The notes under the pieces were generated by a model. The model did not search any database and was not told where the DNA came from. It saw only the letters and a program-made list of their open reading frames with translations. From Eledone cirrhosa (lineage: Eukaryota): 64,000 nucleotides of DNA. Made by a program: the position numbers and the translations under genes. Shown piece after piece: positions 11,815 through 25,204 of this stretch (positions within the stretch are counted from its first letter, which is position 1; every line of letters begins with the position of its first letter). Where the stretch lies: assembly GCA_964016885.1 (NCBI GenBank), contig OZ024758.1:31930001-31994000 (forward strand), read 5' to 3'.

Positions 11815-13692
11815 CTGCGACGGGAATATCAGAGACGTGCGGTGTTCCACATTGCAAGGCAGTGTGTCAGTGCAAATCAGGATGTTGTTGGAGATAAATG
11901 TGTCCGGAATGATGTCAGTATACTTAGTGTCACGAATGATCGGAAAAAGGAGGCTTGGAAATGTCATTATGAGAGACTGATGAATGTGGGAACGAATGGG
12001 AGAGAGAGAAATTACCCTCAGTAGATCCGACAGAGGGACCAGCTATTGAAATTGACGAATATAGGGTCCAAGAGGCGATTAAAGAAATGGAAAATGGGAA
12101 GGCTGCCGGACCATCGGGGATAGTTGCTGAGATGCTGAAGGCATCAGGGGATGTAGGCAATAAACAGGTTGCACGCATCATCAATCAGGCTATATATAGT
12201 GGTGTCATACCCAAAGACTGATGCAGCAGTATTCTCATAAATTGCTACAGAGGTAAAGGGGATGCTCTGGAGAAGAGCAATTACAGGGGCATAAAACTAA
12301 TGGATCAGGTTATGAAAGTGGTAGAAAGGATATTAACACAACTAATTAGAGAAAGGGTCAAACTAGATGAGATGCAGTTTCGCTTTGTGCCTGGGAAAAG
12401 TACAACAGATGCCCTCTTCTTAGTGAGACAACTACAAGAGAGGTTCTTAGAGAAGAATAAGTCACTATACCTAGCTTTTGTTGACCTAGAGAAGGCCTTT
12501 GATAGGGTACCCCGATCTGTTATCTGGTGGTTCCTAAGGAAACTAGGTGTTGAGGAATGGCTTGTGAGGACAGTGCAAACTTTGTACAGAAGTAGTGTCA
12601 GTAAAGTCAGGGTAGGAATGGAGTTTAGTAAGGAATTACAGATACAAGTAGGAGTACATCAGGGTTCAGTCCTCAGCCCGCTCTTGTTCATTATAGTCCT
12701 CCAAGCTATAACAGAGGAATTTAAGACTGGCTGTCCATGGGAACTTCTCTATGCTGACGATCTGGTTCTTATAGCAGAATCAGTAGAGGATCTAGAGAAT
12801 AAATTATGGCTATGGCAACAGCAGTTGGAATCAAGAGGACTGGAAGTGAACCTAGCTAAGACAAAAATGATTCCGTCAGGGAAATGGCCAAGTTCGATAT
12901 GCAGAAAAAGAACTGGCATAAATTCTATAAAATGTACACAATGCAGATCTTTGGTACACAAGAGATGTAGTGGGATAGCAGGCAAACTAACAGGTAGGGA
13001 AAACTACGTATGCAGTAGATGTACAAGGAAAGTTGACAGTAGAAGTCGCATTGATAGACACATTTTTCAAATGCAGGTGGGTGCTATAGAAGTGGTTGAT
13101 AGCTTCCGGTATTTGGGTGATCAGATTAGCATGGGAGGGGGGTGTTCCGGGGCCATAGTATCTAGAATAAGGACGGGTTGGAGGAAGTTTAGGGAGCTGC
13201 TTCCTCTGGTGATGAAGAGGGGTTTCTCGCTGCGCACGAAAGGCCGGTTATATGATGCCTGTGGGAGGTGTGTGATGCTGCATGGTAGTGAGACATGGGC
13301 AGCAACTGCAGAGGATATGCAACGGCTGGAGAGAAATGAAGCAAGCATGCTCCGTTGGATGTGCAATGTCAATGTGCGAGAACGGCCGAGCATGGATGTG
13401 TTGAGAGAGAAACTGTGTCTGAGAGGGATAAATTGTAGTGTGCGGGAGAGGAGACTGAGTATGGTATGGACATGTGATGTGCATGGAGGATGACCGCTGG
13501 GTGAAGAAGCGCCAAGAAATGCCAGTTGAAGGAAGACATGGTAGAGGAAGACCACAAAAACCATGGGCGGAGGTGGTGAGAGCAAACCTCAGATTGCTGA
13601 AGGTCATGACGAAGGACCGTGACAAGTGGAGGGATGCTGTGCTGAATAGGACCCATCCCACCCTTGCAAGCACGGAAGGCGGACGTAAAATT

Positions 13693-13730
<38 letters not shown>
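11815..13730 (+). mobile_element. RTE LINE (family B), 5'-truncated, RT with PHD-like insert
   Basis: ORF 12300-13493 contains FVDLEKAFDRVP, GVHQGSVLSPLLF, LLYADDLVL and HKRC...CSRC. (GAT)n tail. Confidence 0.92.
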
Positions 13731-13739
13731 ATGTGTAAT

Positions 13740-14924
13740 GGTGCTGATTTGATAACTAAGAAGAAATATCGGACAGGATATAGGTTGGTGTGGTTTTTTT
13801 AAGTTAAGGTGTAGTTATAAAATTACAAACATTGGGATAAATTTAAAGTTGGTGGTCTAGTATTATTTCAGACATTGGTTTATATCAGCTACTTGGTTTG
13901 AAGTAATAGAAAGAAAATCTGTGGTAGTGTGGACACGTGGAAAACATCTCTGATTTTCTATTTTGCAGGTTAAGATTAGAATGAATAATAGTTCTAGACT
14001 CGAGGATGCAAAGGTTACAAAATTTGTTAGGTGGTCTATATGAAGGGGCCTTAGCTATCACTTCCCATTTTAAGGTGTATGGTATATTACTTGATTTTAA
14101 TGAGTGTATGTGGATAGTGAGGTTACATTACTAAGTCTAGGGTTTCTGAACGAATGGAGGTGCAAATTAAAGCCATTCGATGTTGAACCTATCGAGATGT
14201 GATTAGCAGTGACAGTACAGGAGTAGATAATGTCTTTAATAAGGCAGTTCTTACTTAATGGTCATGTTCTATTAGGTCTACAATTACAATTGTTTTGGTA
14301 ACTAGTATACTGGTTAAGGGGGTATGAAATTGAGTGGTTATTTCTGTTTATACTTCTAGTATTAGGATTATGGTAAGTGTTAGTACCATTATTATTGGTG
14401 TTATTACTATTACTTGCAGTATAGTCTTGTACTGAGTTATTGTTAAGGTTATTTCTATGTTGGACATTATTAACTTGGTGTAATCTGAAGTACGTTTCAT
14501 TCTTTCTCTTGTTACTGCTGGCTATATGGTCTGCGATGTTAGGTGAGGTGGAGTAAGAGATTTTAATAGAATATTTGTTAAATAAGTTGTGGTATTTATG
14601 GTTAGTTGGGAAGTTTTTTTTATCTAAAATAGAGAAGAAAGCTTTAGGTATGTTGGTGGAGATATTTAAGTTGAACGGAGGATTAAAAAATGTGTTACTT
14701 CTATTCTTCTTATGATTGTTATTTATATTATTGTTTTGTGTGGTGTTAGGTACCTTACTATTTATATTGTTGTTTTTAACATATTTTTTCTTTCTGTGGT
14801 TTTTCTTAGGATTATTGTTGTGGTGTGAGTTAACTTTTTTGATACCCTCTGTATTGGAGTCGGGATTTTCAATACTATGATTATATTTAATTTTATTCAT
14901 GGCCATGCTGTGGGAAATTATATG

Positions 14925-14925
<1 letters not shown>
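13740..14925 (-). mobile_element. Penelope-like (Naiad) fragment: linker plus GIY-YIG domain
   Basis: FFNPPFN...KISYSTSPNI, CNCRPNRT*PLSKNCL, IIYSCTV...IGST, KAPSY...FCNLCILE. Confidence 0.85.
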
Positions 14926-15009
<84 letters not shown>

Positions 15010-15027
15010 CATATGTGTATGTGTATG

Positions 15028-15080
<53 letters not shown>

Positions 15081-15241
15081 GTTTGCATGTGTGTGTATAT
15101 GTTTATGTGTGTGTGAATATATATATATGTATGTATGTGTGTGTATATGTGTGTATGTATTTGTATGTATGTGTGTATATGTGTTTAAATGTATATATAT
15201 GTATATATATATATATGTGTGTATATATATATATATATGTT

Positions 15242-15340
<99 letters not shown>

Positions 15341-15531
15341 GTACGTGCGTGTGTGTCTGTATGTGCGTGTGTGAATGTGCCTGCCGACACCCAGAATATA
15401 GCTTAAGAGAAACTTCACAATAAGGAGAAGCACCCCAAAACCTGAACCTGTTTATAGAATTCTTTCTGCCTTTGTCACCCTAAATTCAGCTTTAAAGAAT
15501 TAACTTTTAAATAATTCCCCTTTCTTTATAC

Positions 15532-18063
15532 CAGGGGTTCCCAACCGTTTTGTCGTTATCGCCCACTTTTCCACACACAAAAATTCCCATCGCCTACCTG
15601 TACGGTAATTTTAAGGATGCAAAAATAAAGCATTATTCAGAACGGTTGCTTAAAAAATGAAATATTTATTGAGATGAAATATTACAAAATGGGGATTTGG
15701 AGTTGAAAAGTTATTCAGAAGAATGAAGTTTTTGATTGCTAAATGTTTCTCAATGAAACAAAATTGAAAAATGATACATGTATTAAATGTTTAACAAACT
15801 CACCATGTTTAGTTTTCAGTGTGATCCTTGAGGCTGATGCGACGCAACTAGTGCAGACACATTTGGTTACAAACTTGTCAATTTTAATCGCAAGTCTCCT
15901 CGTTTTGCTACATCCAGTCCACTTCTGCTTTTAGAAAGTAAAGTACCAACGTGACTGAAACCAGATTCGACCAAGTACGACGTTGGGAAGGAAAGCAAAA
16001 TTAATTTCAAATGCTTCCATAGGTTGGGGTAAGAATTCAATATACTTTGATGATACCACAAGCCTTCTTTGCATTGAAGCCGATATCGCATTGTGGCCTC
16101 ATTATCATTTTGCAATTCAATTAGTTCCTCCTGAACGTCATCCTCGTAATAGACTGCTTGGACTTCAAACGGATTGCTATACCGATTTGGAATATTCAAT
16201 GTAATAACATCTTGAAATCGCTCCATCATGTCATCATGCAATGATTGTAGATAGTCACGATAGGTAACGATATCCTCATCAACCAATTCAACTTTCAAAG
16301 AATCCAGTTGTGGAAATTGATGCAATTGGCATTTGGAAATGTTTGTTTTATACAGGACCAATTTCGAAATGAAGCCGGTCATAAATGATTTACAGTTGAC
16401 AAGAGTTTTTTTGCTTTCCTTGCAACAACTTAATCAAATCATTAAGTTTAGTGAATATATCGCTCAGAAAAAAAATATCGCGCTTTGCAGCAATCAATGA
16501 AGCCGACAGAGGAGTACTTTCAAAAAAAGATATGATCACATGAAACAGTTCAACAAAGCGAACAACACAGCTGCCCTTTGACAGCCATCGTACTTCGGTA
16601 TGGTACAAAAGCCTAACAAAGTCATAATCATTATCGAGACACAGTTGACGGAAAATTTGATCAGATAAGGAATTTGATTTCAGTTTATTCCCAGTCTTGA
16701 TAACCAACTGCAGCGCATCATTCAACCGACCACTGATATTTTTTGCCACCAAATGTTGTCGGTGTATCACACAATGAACTGTTAAAATCTGTTGAAAAAT
16801 TTCACGCTTTAGGAGAGATGAAAAACCTCTGTATCTTCCAACCATGGAAGGGACCCCATCAGACGTACAGGCAATAATATTGGTCAGTGGGATATGATGT
16901 TCAGAAAGGAAACGCTTAAGCATATCGAAAATAGATGTACCATTTGAATCAAGCAGTGAGTTCTCTGTGAGCAGCATTTCCTCACAAGGTTGAAGGTATT
17001 CATTGAAATATCGAACATAAACCATCATCAAACATTGGTTATCTATAACAGTTGACTCATCCACTTGTATAGAAAATTCAGAACACTGGAGAATTTGAAT
17101 GAGTTGATGTTTGACATCGGTGGCCATTTCATCTATTCGTCGCGAAATTGTATTGTTACCAAGTGGAATTTTCTTGATAATTGTGTCTGACTTCTCGTGC
17201 ATTACAGTCGACAGAACTTCTTCAATGACAGGTCGAAGCAATGTTTCTCCTATAGTGTGGGACTTCCCGGTCTTTGCGACCAGTAATGCAATATTGTACG
17301 ACGCAATCATACCGTCATTTTCCTATACAGTTGCTTCCCTAAACATCGTGTTCAGTGTTTTTCGCTTTTCGAAAGAGGCCTTAAGTTGCAAAATATATAT
17401 GATAACGGTTTGTCTTTTTTGTCAGAATGCTTGGAATCAAAATGATATTTCAAGCATGAAGGTTTCATGGCTTCATTGCTCAAAGTTTGCTGGCATAGAA
17501 GACACATGGGTAATTGACAGTTCTGAGGAGAAGCAATAAATCCATATGATAAATAATCAATACTGTACTGGCGACAAGTTTTTTTACCGGAGGCATCAGG
17601 GAAGTTAAAATTCGCAAAAAGAATTCATAGAGGCGGAATCGGCGAAGGCAGAAATTCACGATGCTCGACAACAGCAGTGTTAACACGTTTTTCCGTTGGT
17701 CCAGCGTCATCACCTGTTTTAGCTTACCGATGCACGCAGTTGTGTGCGTGTCCAATACGAGCTGTCTATGTGAGCTGTTTGGCAGCCGTAAATTGCTAGA
17801 CATGAATCAGTTGAAAACAGATGAATTACAGTCATACAGCTGGATACTACTTCCTTAGTCTAGACTAGGGAAGAGCGAATCTGAGCTCTGTGATTACAGC
17901 ATACCGGCCATTATATGATCAATAACATACTTAATTACCGAAAATCCTTTGTCACCCACCAAAATTTTAGATCTCCCACCATTTCCTAAAAATTCGTCCA
18001 TCGCTCACCCGATAGTTGAAATCGCCCATCGGTGGGCAATATCGCCCAGGTTGGGAAACCCTG
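15532..18063 (-). mobile_element. hAT (Buster/Charlie-type) DNA transposon, decayed transposase
   Basis: Terminal inverted repeats (TIRs) CAGGGGTTCCCAACC / GGTTGGGAAACCCTG. Transposase motifs FSIQVDEST, TSDGVPSMVG, HCVIHRQHL, HTEVRWLSKG and FPTSYLVESGFS, with an N-terminal BED-like finger. Confidence 0.92.
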
Positions 18064-18342
18064 CTAAACCAATGAACCCCACCCATCCTGTAGACACCTG
18101 ACATAGAGGCTTTGTTAGTTTAAGAGATACTTAAAAACAAGGATTGGTATTCCAATTTGAACCTGTTTACAGTATTCTTTCTGCCTTTGTCACTCTTAAT
18201 ATAAATTATAACTTTAAAGAATTAGCATTTAATGAATTCCCTTTTCATTAAACCCATCAACCAATGACCTCCACCCATCCCAATCCCCACCCTCTCCTAC
18301 CAACAGAAAATATAAAAATACCACCACATTTACTTGGACAGT

Positions 18343-18395
18343 CAGCTTCCTGATGATTTCTCACAAATGAAACAGTTCTAGTCCTGTAGAAGCTG
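18343..18395 (+). ncRNA. Type I hammerhead ribozyme
   Basis: CAGCTTC-CTGATGA-tttctcacaaat-GAAA-CAGttctagtcCTG-TA-GAAGCTG. The core is canonical and stem II is weak. Confidence 0.7.
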
Positions 18396-18656
18396 CAAAG
18401 TGGTTGTGGAGGTGCCACGGCAAAAAAGCACACAGCCCACACTGTAAAGTGGACTTGTAGGCGCCACAGAAAAAAAGCACCCAGCACTCACTGTAAATGA
18501 GGTTAGTGTTAGGAAGCGCATCCAGCTGTAGAAATCAAGCCAGAATCAGTTCCCATATGAGCAAGACAAAGTCAGCCGACTGGACACTGTCCACAACAGG
18601 ACAACCCTACTAACCCATGCTAGCGTGGCAGAACGGACGTAAAACGGTGATGATGA

Positions 18657-18725
<69 letters not shown>

Positions 18726-19075
18726 CATACATCATCATCATCATCACCGTTTTACGTCCGTTCTTCCACGCTAGCATGGGTTAGACGGGTTGTCCTGTTG
18801 TGGGCAGTGTCTGGTCGGCTGACCATGCCTTGCTCATACAGGAACTGATTCTGACTTGATTTCTACAGCTGGATGCCCTTCCTAACACCAACCTCATTTA
18901 CAGTGAATGCTGGGTGCTTTTTTGTGGCGCCTACACGTCCACTTTACAGTGTGGGCTGGGTGCTTTTTTGACGTGGCACCTCCACGACCACCTTGCGGTG
19001 GGGGGTGTGGGGGCATATTGTCTATATGCTTCAGCTTGTACCCATGGGAGGTGGGGTACTCTGTATTACTGCGTG
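18395..19075. mobile_element. Two RTE 3' UTR copies, tail-to-tail around a (TA)n tract
   Basis: 18395-18660 (+) ends in (GAT)n. 18730-19075 (-) starts with (CAT)n. The two are near reverse complements. Confidence 0.8.
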
Positions 19076-19150
<75 letters not shown>

Positions 19151-19155
<5 letters not shown>

Positions 19156-20114
19156 AAGTGAGTCCTTCATCAGTGACCCTCCAACCGTCCTCGGCATTTC
19201 ATCGCTTTAAGGGTTGGTGCGAACAAGTTGGTGCGAACAACGGCTAAAAAAAGTCGTTGGGACACGTAAATAAAGGGGGACGCTAGAGTAACAACAAAAG
19301 GGTTTAAGCAACGGAAAGTGAGTAGAAATAGACAAGTCCCAGATCTCTATGAATATAAACTCTGTGAAATCGTGAACAAGAGACGAAAGACCATCGAACC
19401 TGGTAGAAATGTGAGCAAGGAAAGAATTTCGCCCAAGTTTGACAGGGGGGAAAAGAGAGAGAGAGAGAGAAAGAAAAAGGAGAGAAGAGGAAGAAGAAGA
19501 AGAAGAAGAAGAAGAAGAAGAAGAAGAAGAAGAAGAAGAAGAAGAAGAAGAAGAAGATAAGGTGGTCTGGTCTACGAATTCGGTAAACGCAAGTTTTGTG
19601 AAGTCGCAGACGAAAGAGAGAGAGAAAATAATTCCATACCAGCTCGGTCAAGACTGCGCGAGAAAAGAATTACACACAGGTCAAACTTGAAGGAGGAGGA
19701 GGAAAGAGGAGGAGGAGAGGTAGTGACAGAGAATGAGTGAGTGAAAGTTGAGGAGAGAGTAACAGAGAGGGAGACTGCTAGAAGTGGTAAAGATACAAGG
19801 AACGAAACAGACAGGCAGCATGGAAAAGTAATATGTGTAAATATGATGATAATAATGGAGCCGCGGCGTTGCAAATGGGATACATATGAAAAAGTGAGTC
19901 CTTCATCAGTGACCCTCCAACCGTCCTCGGCATTTCATCGCTTTAAGGGCCATATGCCTCAGGTTGGTGCGAACAACGGCTAAAAAAAGTCGTTGGGACA
20001 CGTAAATAAAGGGGGACGCTAGAGTAACAACAAAAGGGTTTAAGCAACGGAAAGTGAGAGGAAATAGACAAGTCCCAGATCTCTATGAATATAAACTCTG
20101 TGAAATCGTGAACA

Positions 20115-20117
<3 letters not shown>
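19151..20117 (-). mobile_element. Non-coding PLE-like element with 736-bp unit and ~230-bp terminal direct repeat
   Basis: 19151-19381 is repeated at 19887-20117 around an internal (GAA)n. Same family as 1198-2130; embedded in (TA)n. Confidence 0.65.
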
Positions 20118-20211
<94 letters not shown>

Positions 20212-20599
20212 CATACATACGCATATATTTATATATATATATACATACATATATATATATATGTATGTACATACATACATATATATATGTGTGTCTGTGT
20301 GTGTACATACATATGTTTATATATGCACATACATACAAACATATATACATACATATGTACGTATGTATTTATATATGTAAGTACATAAAAATAAAAGTGC
20401 TATTTGGATGGCCGTTGACTCTGCTGAGTTCCTCCGTCCTTTGCCGGGTCTTGTATTGCATCCCTTCTCACCAAGCAAGCTTGGTGGGATCGCTGGTTTA
20501 GTCGCTGACGGCCCAACCACAGGTTGTACTGGGTTACATGTTACCAGTAACACTCGAGAGCGACCTGACATGCATACATAGATACATATTAAGGCTTTA

Positions 20600-21790
20600 C
20601 AGTTAGTCAAAGTCCCACAACCACTAGTAGCTGCTGTTGAACGCCTGACCAAGAACTGGTGCACCAATTTGATCCTTAGGGGTGAGAAGGAGCAAATTAA
20701 GACTGATACAATACACTACCAGAAAGGTATCTTTCAGGGTGATAGCTTATCAGTGTTGCTCTTTATCCTCTCATTAAACCCACTATCATACCTGCTCACA
20801 AAACAAAGTGGTCATAGAAGTGGGTCCAGAAGTATCTCCCATCATTTCTTTGTTGATGACCTGAAGTTGTATGGGCCAAATACCAACTATATTGAAAAAC
20901 AATTAGACCTCATTACACAATTTTCTGCAGACATCAGAATGAAATTTGGTGAGTAAAACGTGGAAGGGTTGTGCCCTCCTATTCAATGTTCGAACAACAT
21001 AAAAAAATAGACCAATTTACAGAGAAAGTTGTGCATGGGTACCTGAGACAAAATACACAGACCATAGAGGGAATAAATCATTAAAAAAGCCTGGCATGGA
21101 GTTCCGACAAGTTTATGACATCCCACCTTCAAGGATATCTGTATGCAATACAGGAACAAGAACTCCCTACCAAATATCTGCTGCACAAAAGAGGAGGGCC
21201 ATCAGTCAACAATAAATGTAGGCTATGTAAAACAAAGATCAAAGATGTTAGCCACATTGTTGCCAACTGCGAAAGAATGTCGTCTCGTTACTACCTCCCT
21301 ATGAAACACGATGTGATAGCTAGAACCATCTGGAGTGCACTTAGGAAAACAAAATTAAAAACAAATGAGGAGGAATATGTTGAAACAGATGGCACTAAGG
21401 AATACTGGTGGAACCTGAAAATAAAGACTGCCACCAAATTAAAGCACAACCGGCCTGATATTGTTGCTTGGGACCACACATTGAAAACGTGCTCTGTTAT
21501 AGAGATCAGCTGCCCACTTGATGTCAATATAAGAAAAATACAAGAGAAGGAGGACATCTACAGGTCATTTATGAGGAATTTGCAGTTTCAGTATCCAAGA
21601 TACACCTTCAGCTTCATACCATTCATTATTGGAGCTACAGGTTATATACCAACCCCCTTGGACCAAAGTATAACTGAACATGGATTTGCGGACAAAAAGC
21701 GCAACTCCCTAAATCATAGTCTACAAATGGCTGCGATAGCTGGCACCTTCAAAATTTGCAAAATATTCTTGCAATTCAAGGGATGACAAT
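20600..21790 (+). mobile_element. R4/Dong-like non-LTR retrotransposon remnant (RT, CCHC, restriction-like endonuclease)
   Basis: GIFQGDSLS, HHFFVDDLKLY, AIQEQ, CRLC...HIVANC, HNRPDIV...IEISCP and PFIIGATG, with an internal deletion. Confidence 0.85.
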
Positions 21791-22104
21791 TTCTTTTCTT
21801 TTACAACCTTGCCACCAGGAAGGTGGCCGGTCAAAAATGTACTCAAAATTAAGAGAAAGAGATAGATCCATCCAACCATCCAAATCCCATCCATTCGTCC
21901 ATCTGTCCATCCATCCAAATCCATTAATCGATTTATCCATCCAGATAAAAACCAAACGTTAAATGATGATGATCACATGTGTTATATAAGTCTGTAGTGT
22001 GGTAGAGAAGTTGGAGAACCTGACAAAAAGTGTTGCACTAGTTATGTCCCTTTACATTTTAAATTCAATTTTCCTGTCTTCCATTAAGGATTATTATTGT
22101 TTAT

Positions 22105-22240
22105 CTTACGTCCCTTTACGATCTGAGTTCAAATCCCGCCGAGGTTGACTTTGCCTTTCATTCTTACGGGGTCGATAAAATAAAGTACCAGTAATGCACT
22201 GGGTAATTGCTGGCCTTGTGCCTAAAGTAGAAACAATTAT
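22105..22240 (+). mobile_element. tRNA-derived SINE
   Basis: Same B-box and core as the copies at 4240, 33555 and 50773. Confidence 0.8.
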
Positions 22241-23189
22241 TGTTTATCTTCATGTTGGCACGAGCAAGCCTATGATCAAAGACCTCCACGGTATAAACTA
22301 TCTTAAACTATATTATCCAATATACTCTTCTTTTTATAAGGCAGGAGCATGAGATTTGAAGGTGACTTGGCTTCTGTTTCTAGCATTTTGTGTACCTAGC
22401 TCCATTGTCAAGGTTGATAAAATAAGTAGGTGTTTATGTACAAGTGGCTATTCAATATACTATACAAATATGTGGCATTGTGCCAATGTAATAAAACAGA
22501 ATATAGTTATGAATGTATCTCACAAACTGTAACTGTAATACTCAAATGTGTTAGATTCTCACATGTGTAATGTAGTGAATAGAAAAACCCCAATAAAATT
22601 ATTCATGCAACTAGTAGATAAGAACGTCTTTTCGGGATGTTTTAAATCTAAAATCAAACAAAGGAGATAACCTCAATAATATTAGTTTATCTAAATGTTT
22701 TGACTATACAAAGAATGTAGAGTAGAGAGGAACTGGTCTTTAAAGTTATCTGGTGAAACAGCGATGTTTTGGTTCCATTACACTACTCCAACGAAGCTTA
22801 TGCTACTGATGAGACCGAGCATGGAATGGAATGAATCCCCTGTTGGTTTCAAAGAAGAGGGTTTCACTTATTTGATCAAAGGGACAGCCTACTCAGGTAA
22901 TTAATGAGTAAGTGGCTGAGCATTCCACAGACATGTGTATTTTTTTCCATGCTCAGAGTTGCTGAAGCATGGGAAAAATTACCTGCATCAGTTGTTAGCT
23001 GTTGGGCTATATATAGTCACATACCTAGCTTCAGCAAAAGCAAAGTTTTTGCTGAAGCTGGGTATATGACTATAGTCACTACCTCAAATAGCGAAAGGTC
23101 TTCAAAATGTTTTAAAATAAACATACAGCATATTATTAAATATACAATACATACATTCATATATACATCACTATTTTTCGAGCTCCATC

Positions 23190-23797
23190 ATCATCATCAT
23201 CGTTTAGCTTCCATCTTCCACGCTAGCATGGATTGGTTTTGTCCCACTTGAGGCAAGATTGGTTGGAAGACCATGTCTTGCTCATGCAGAACTGTTCCTG
23301 GCAGGTTTTCTAAGGCTGGATGCCCTTCCTAACACCAACCACATTTACAGTGTGGACTGGGTGCTTTTTATCATGTCACCTGCATGACCATTTTACAGTG
23401 GACGGAAATAGGGCGATGACACAGGACCGTGACCTCTGGCATTACGCAGTAATACAGAAAACTCGACTTCCCACGGGTACAAGCCGAAGCTGAAGCATAT
23501 AGATAATATGTCTTCACCCCCTCCCACTGCAAAGTGGTCGTGGAGGTGCCACGACAAAAAAGCACCCAGCCCACACTAAAGTGGTCGTGTAGGCGCCATT
23601 GTAAAAAAGCACCCAGCACTCACTGTAAATGAGGTGGGTGTTAGGAAGGGCATCCAGCTGTAGAAACCATACGAAAATCAGTTTTGTATGAGCAAGTCAA
23701 GGTCACCCGACCTGGCACTACCCACAACAGGACAACCCGTCTAACCCATGCTAGCGTGGAAGAATGGACATAAAACGCTGATGATGATGATGATGAT
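23190..23797. mobile_element. RTE 3' end with inverted 3' UTR copy
   Basis: A minus-strand UTR (23190-23400) is joined to a plus-strand 3' end (23420-23797). (CAT)n and (GAT)n tails lie at the outer edges. Confidence 0.75.
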
Positions 23798-24227
23798 ATG
23801 CATGACATATTTTCTCATCCCTCTTCTCATTTACATAATCCTCTTTAAACTCATGACATCATACTAATCATACTTATCACTTCCCCCTAAATGCTACATA
23901 CAGCCCCCACCCATGCACTACAAAGAGTTCTTCAGTCAAAGTCAGTGATCAACAACCTCCTCATTGCTGCTACCACGATAAATTGCACCCTGAGAACTTT
24001 GTAAAGTGATTGATGTTAGGAAGGGTATCCAGCTGTAGAAAACTTCCCCAATAAAGGGTCAAAGGGACTCTTCAGGTTGAGTAGACTTTTCAGGTATGAC
24101 AACTTCATGACAGTCTCCTTAGTGCTGCCGTCACAAAAAAAAATGCACTAGTAGATATAACACATATGTTAGCAAGATGCAGACCCCCAGCCCAGGTTAG
24201 TTGCATCAATTATGTACTGACTTAGTC

Positions 24228-24345
24228 TCTGATGACCCACCTAACTCTTGTTAACTTGGTCTGAGATGACCCACCTAACTATTGCTAACTTGGTCTGAGA
24301 TGACCCACCCAACTATTGCTAACTTGGTCTGAAATAATTTACCCA
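24228..24345. repeat. Minisatellite, ~34-bp unit, about 3 copies
   Basis: ctgagatgacccacctaactattgctaacttggt repeated head to tail. Confidence 0.8.
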
Positions 24346-24559
24346 ATTGTGGATATTAAATGATATGTATGTATGTGATTAAAGCTTTAATTAAGCTATA
24401 CTCAAAATAACAAACGGTGATTTGTTGAAATGTTGTTTATTGTATGACAGGCATTTACTAATGTAAGGAGGAGCGGTCTACTCCTTAAGTTCAGTTCTTG
24501 TTACTCTCCTCACCGGAATTCCCTTCACTGCCGACCAGTCCAATAACAAGTCTGCAGTA

Positions 24560-25149
24560 AAGTCCCTTCTGCTCCACAGACAAGAGTTTGGACACTAGTT
24601 TTGCATAGATTTTTTGCATGTGTACGTATCTGTGTGTTTATACTGAGGTGTGTTAAAATTGTGTGAACTACATTGTCATTCAAGCCTGTTTCTCCTGCAA
24701 CAATCCTAACACTTAATAAGAGATCTTTCACCATCACCTTCCACTACTTCCATATTTTGTTCATTTGTTGATGAGATTGGGTTTCCAGAATGAGGTTCAT
24801 TTTCAAAATTTTCTTGGCCCTCTCTGAAAACTTTGTGCCACTTAAAAACCTTACTTTTTGATAGAGTGGCATCTTCAGAAGCTTGTGTTAAAGAATTAAA
24901 TGCTTTGGTGGTAAATTTGATGAGTTTCCCACAAAATTCGATCTCTACCCTTGTTCAATATTTTCATGCATCGCAAACGTAACACAGGTTATAAACACAT
25001 CTGTACATAAAAAGCAACAACCCTCAACTGACTCAATTGATCATGTTGAAACAAGTATGTATGTGTAGCCAATGTCACAACCAACAAGATGCTGTGTTAC
25101 CATGTCGAAAATAGCAAAATCAGTCCCCTTACTTTTGGGACAAACCTTG
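24560..25149 (-). mobile_element. Mariner transposon 5' fragment
   Basis: TIR CAAGGTTTGTCCCAAAAGTAAG next to (TA)n. HTH-region peptide LSKSKVFKWHKVFREGQENFENEPHSGNP. Confidence 0.7.
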
Positions 25150-25204
25150 TATATATATATATATATATATATATATACAAATTGTAGTTTACTTGAAGCA
25201 TTGC

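Noticed and set aside
14877-15423. Long IY/CV-repeat ORFs here and at other (TA)n/(TG)n tracts
   Set aside because: These are translations of microsatellites that lack stop codons.
22800-22865. Hammerhead at ctgatgagacc...ggtttcaaa
   Set aside because: There is no GAAA and no stem III or stem I partner.
23012-23074. Pre-miRNA-like hairpin
   Set aside because: Mismatches favour neither strand consistently and it is TA-flanked, so a tiny MITE is more likely; there is no expression evidence.
24228-24345. CRISPR-like repeat array
   Set aside because: The units are contiguous tandem repeats with no unique spacers, in a eukaryotic context without cas genes.
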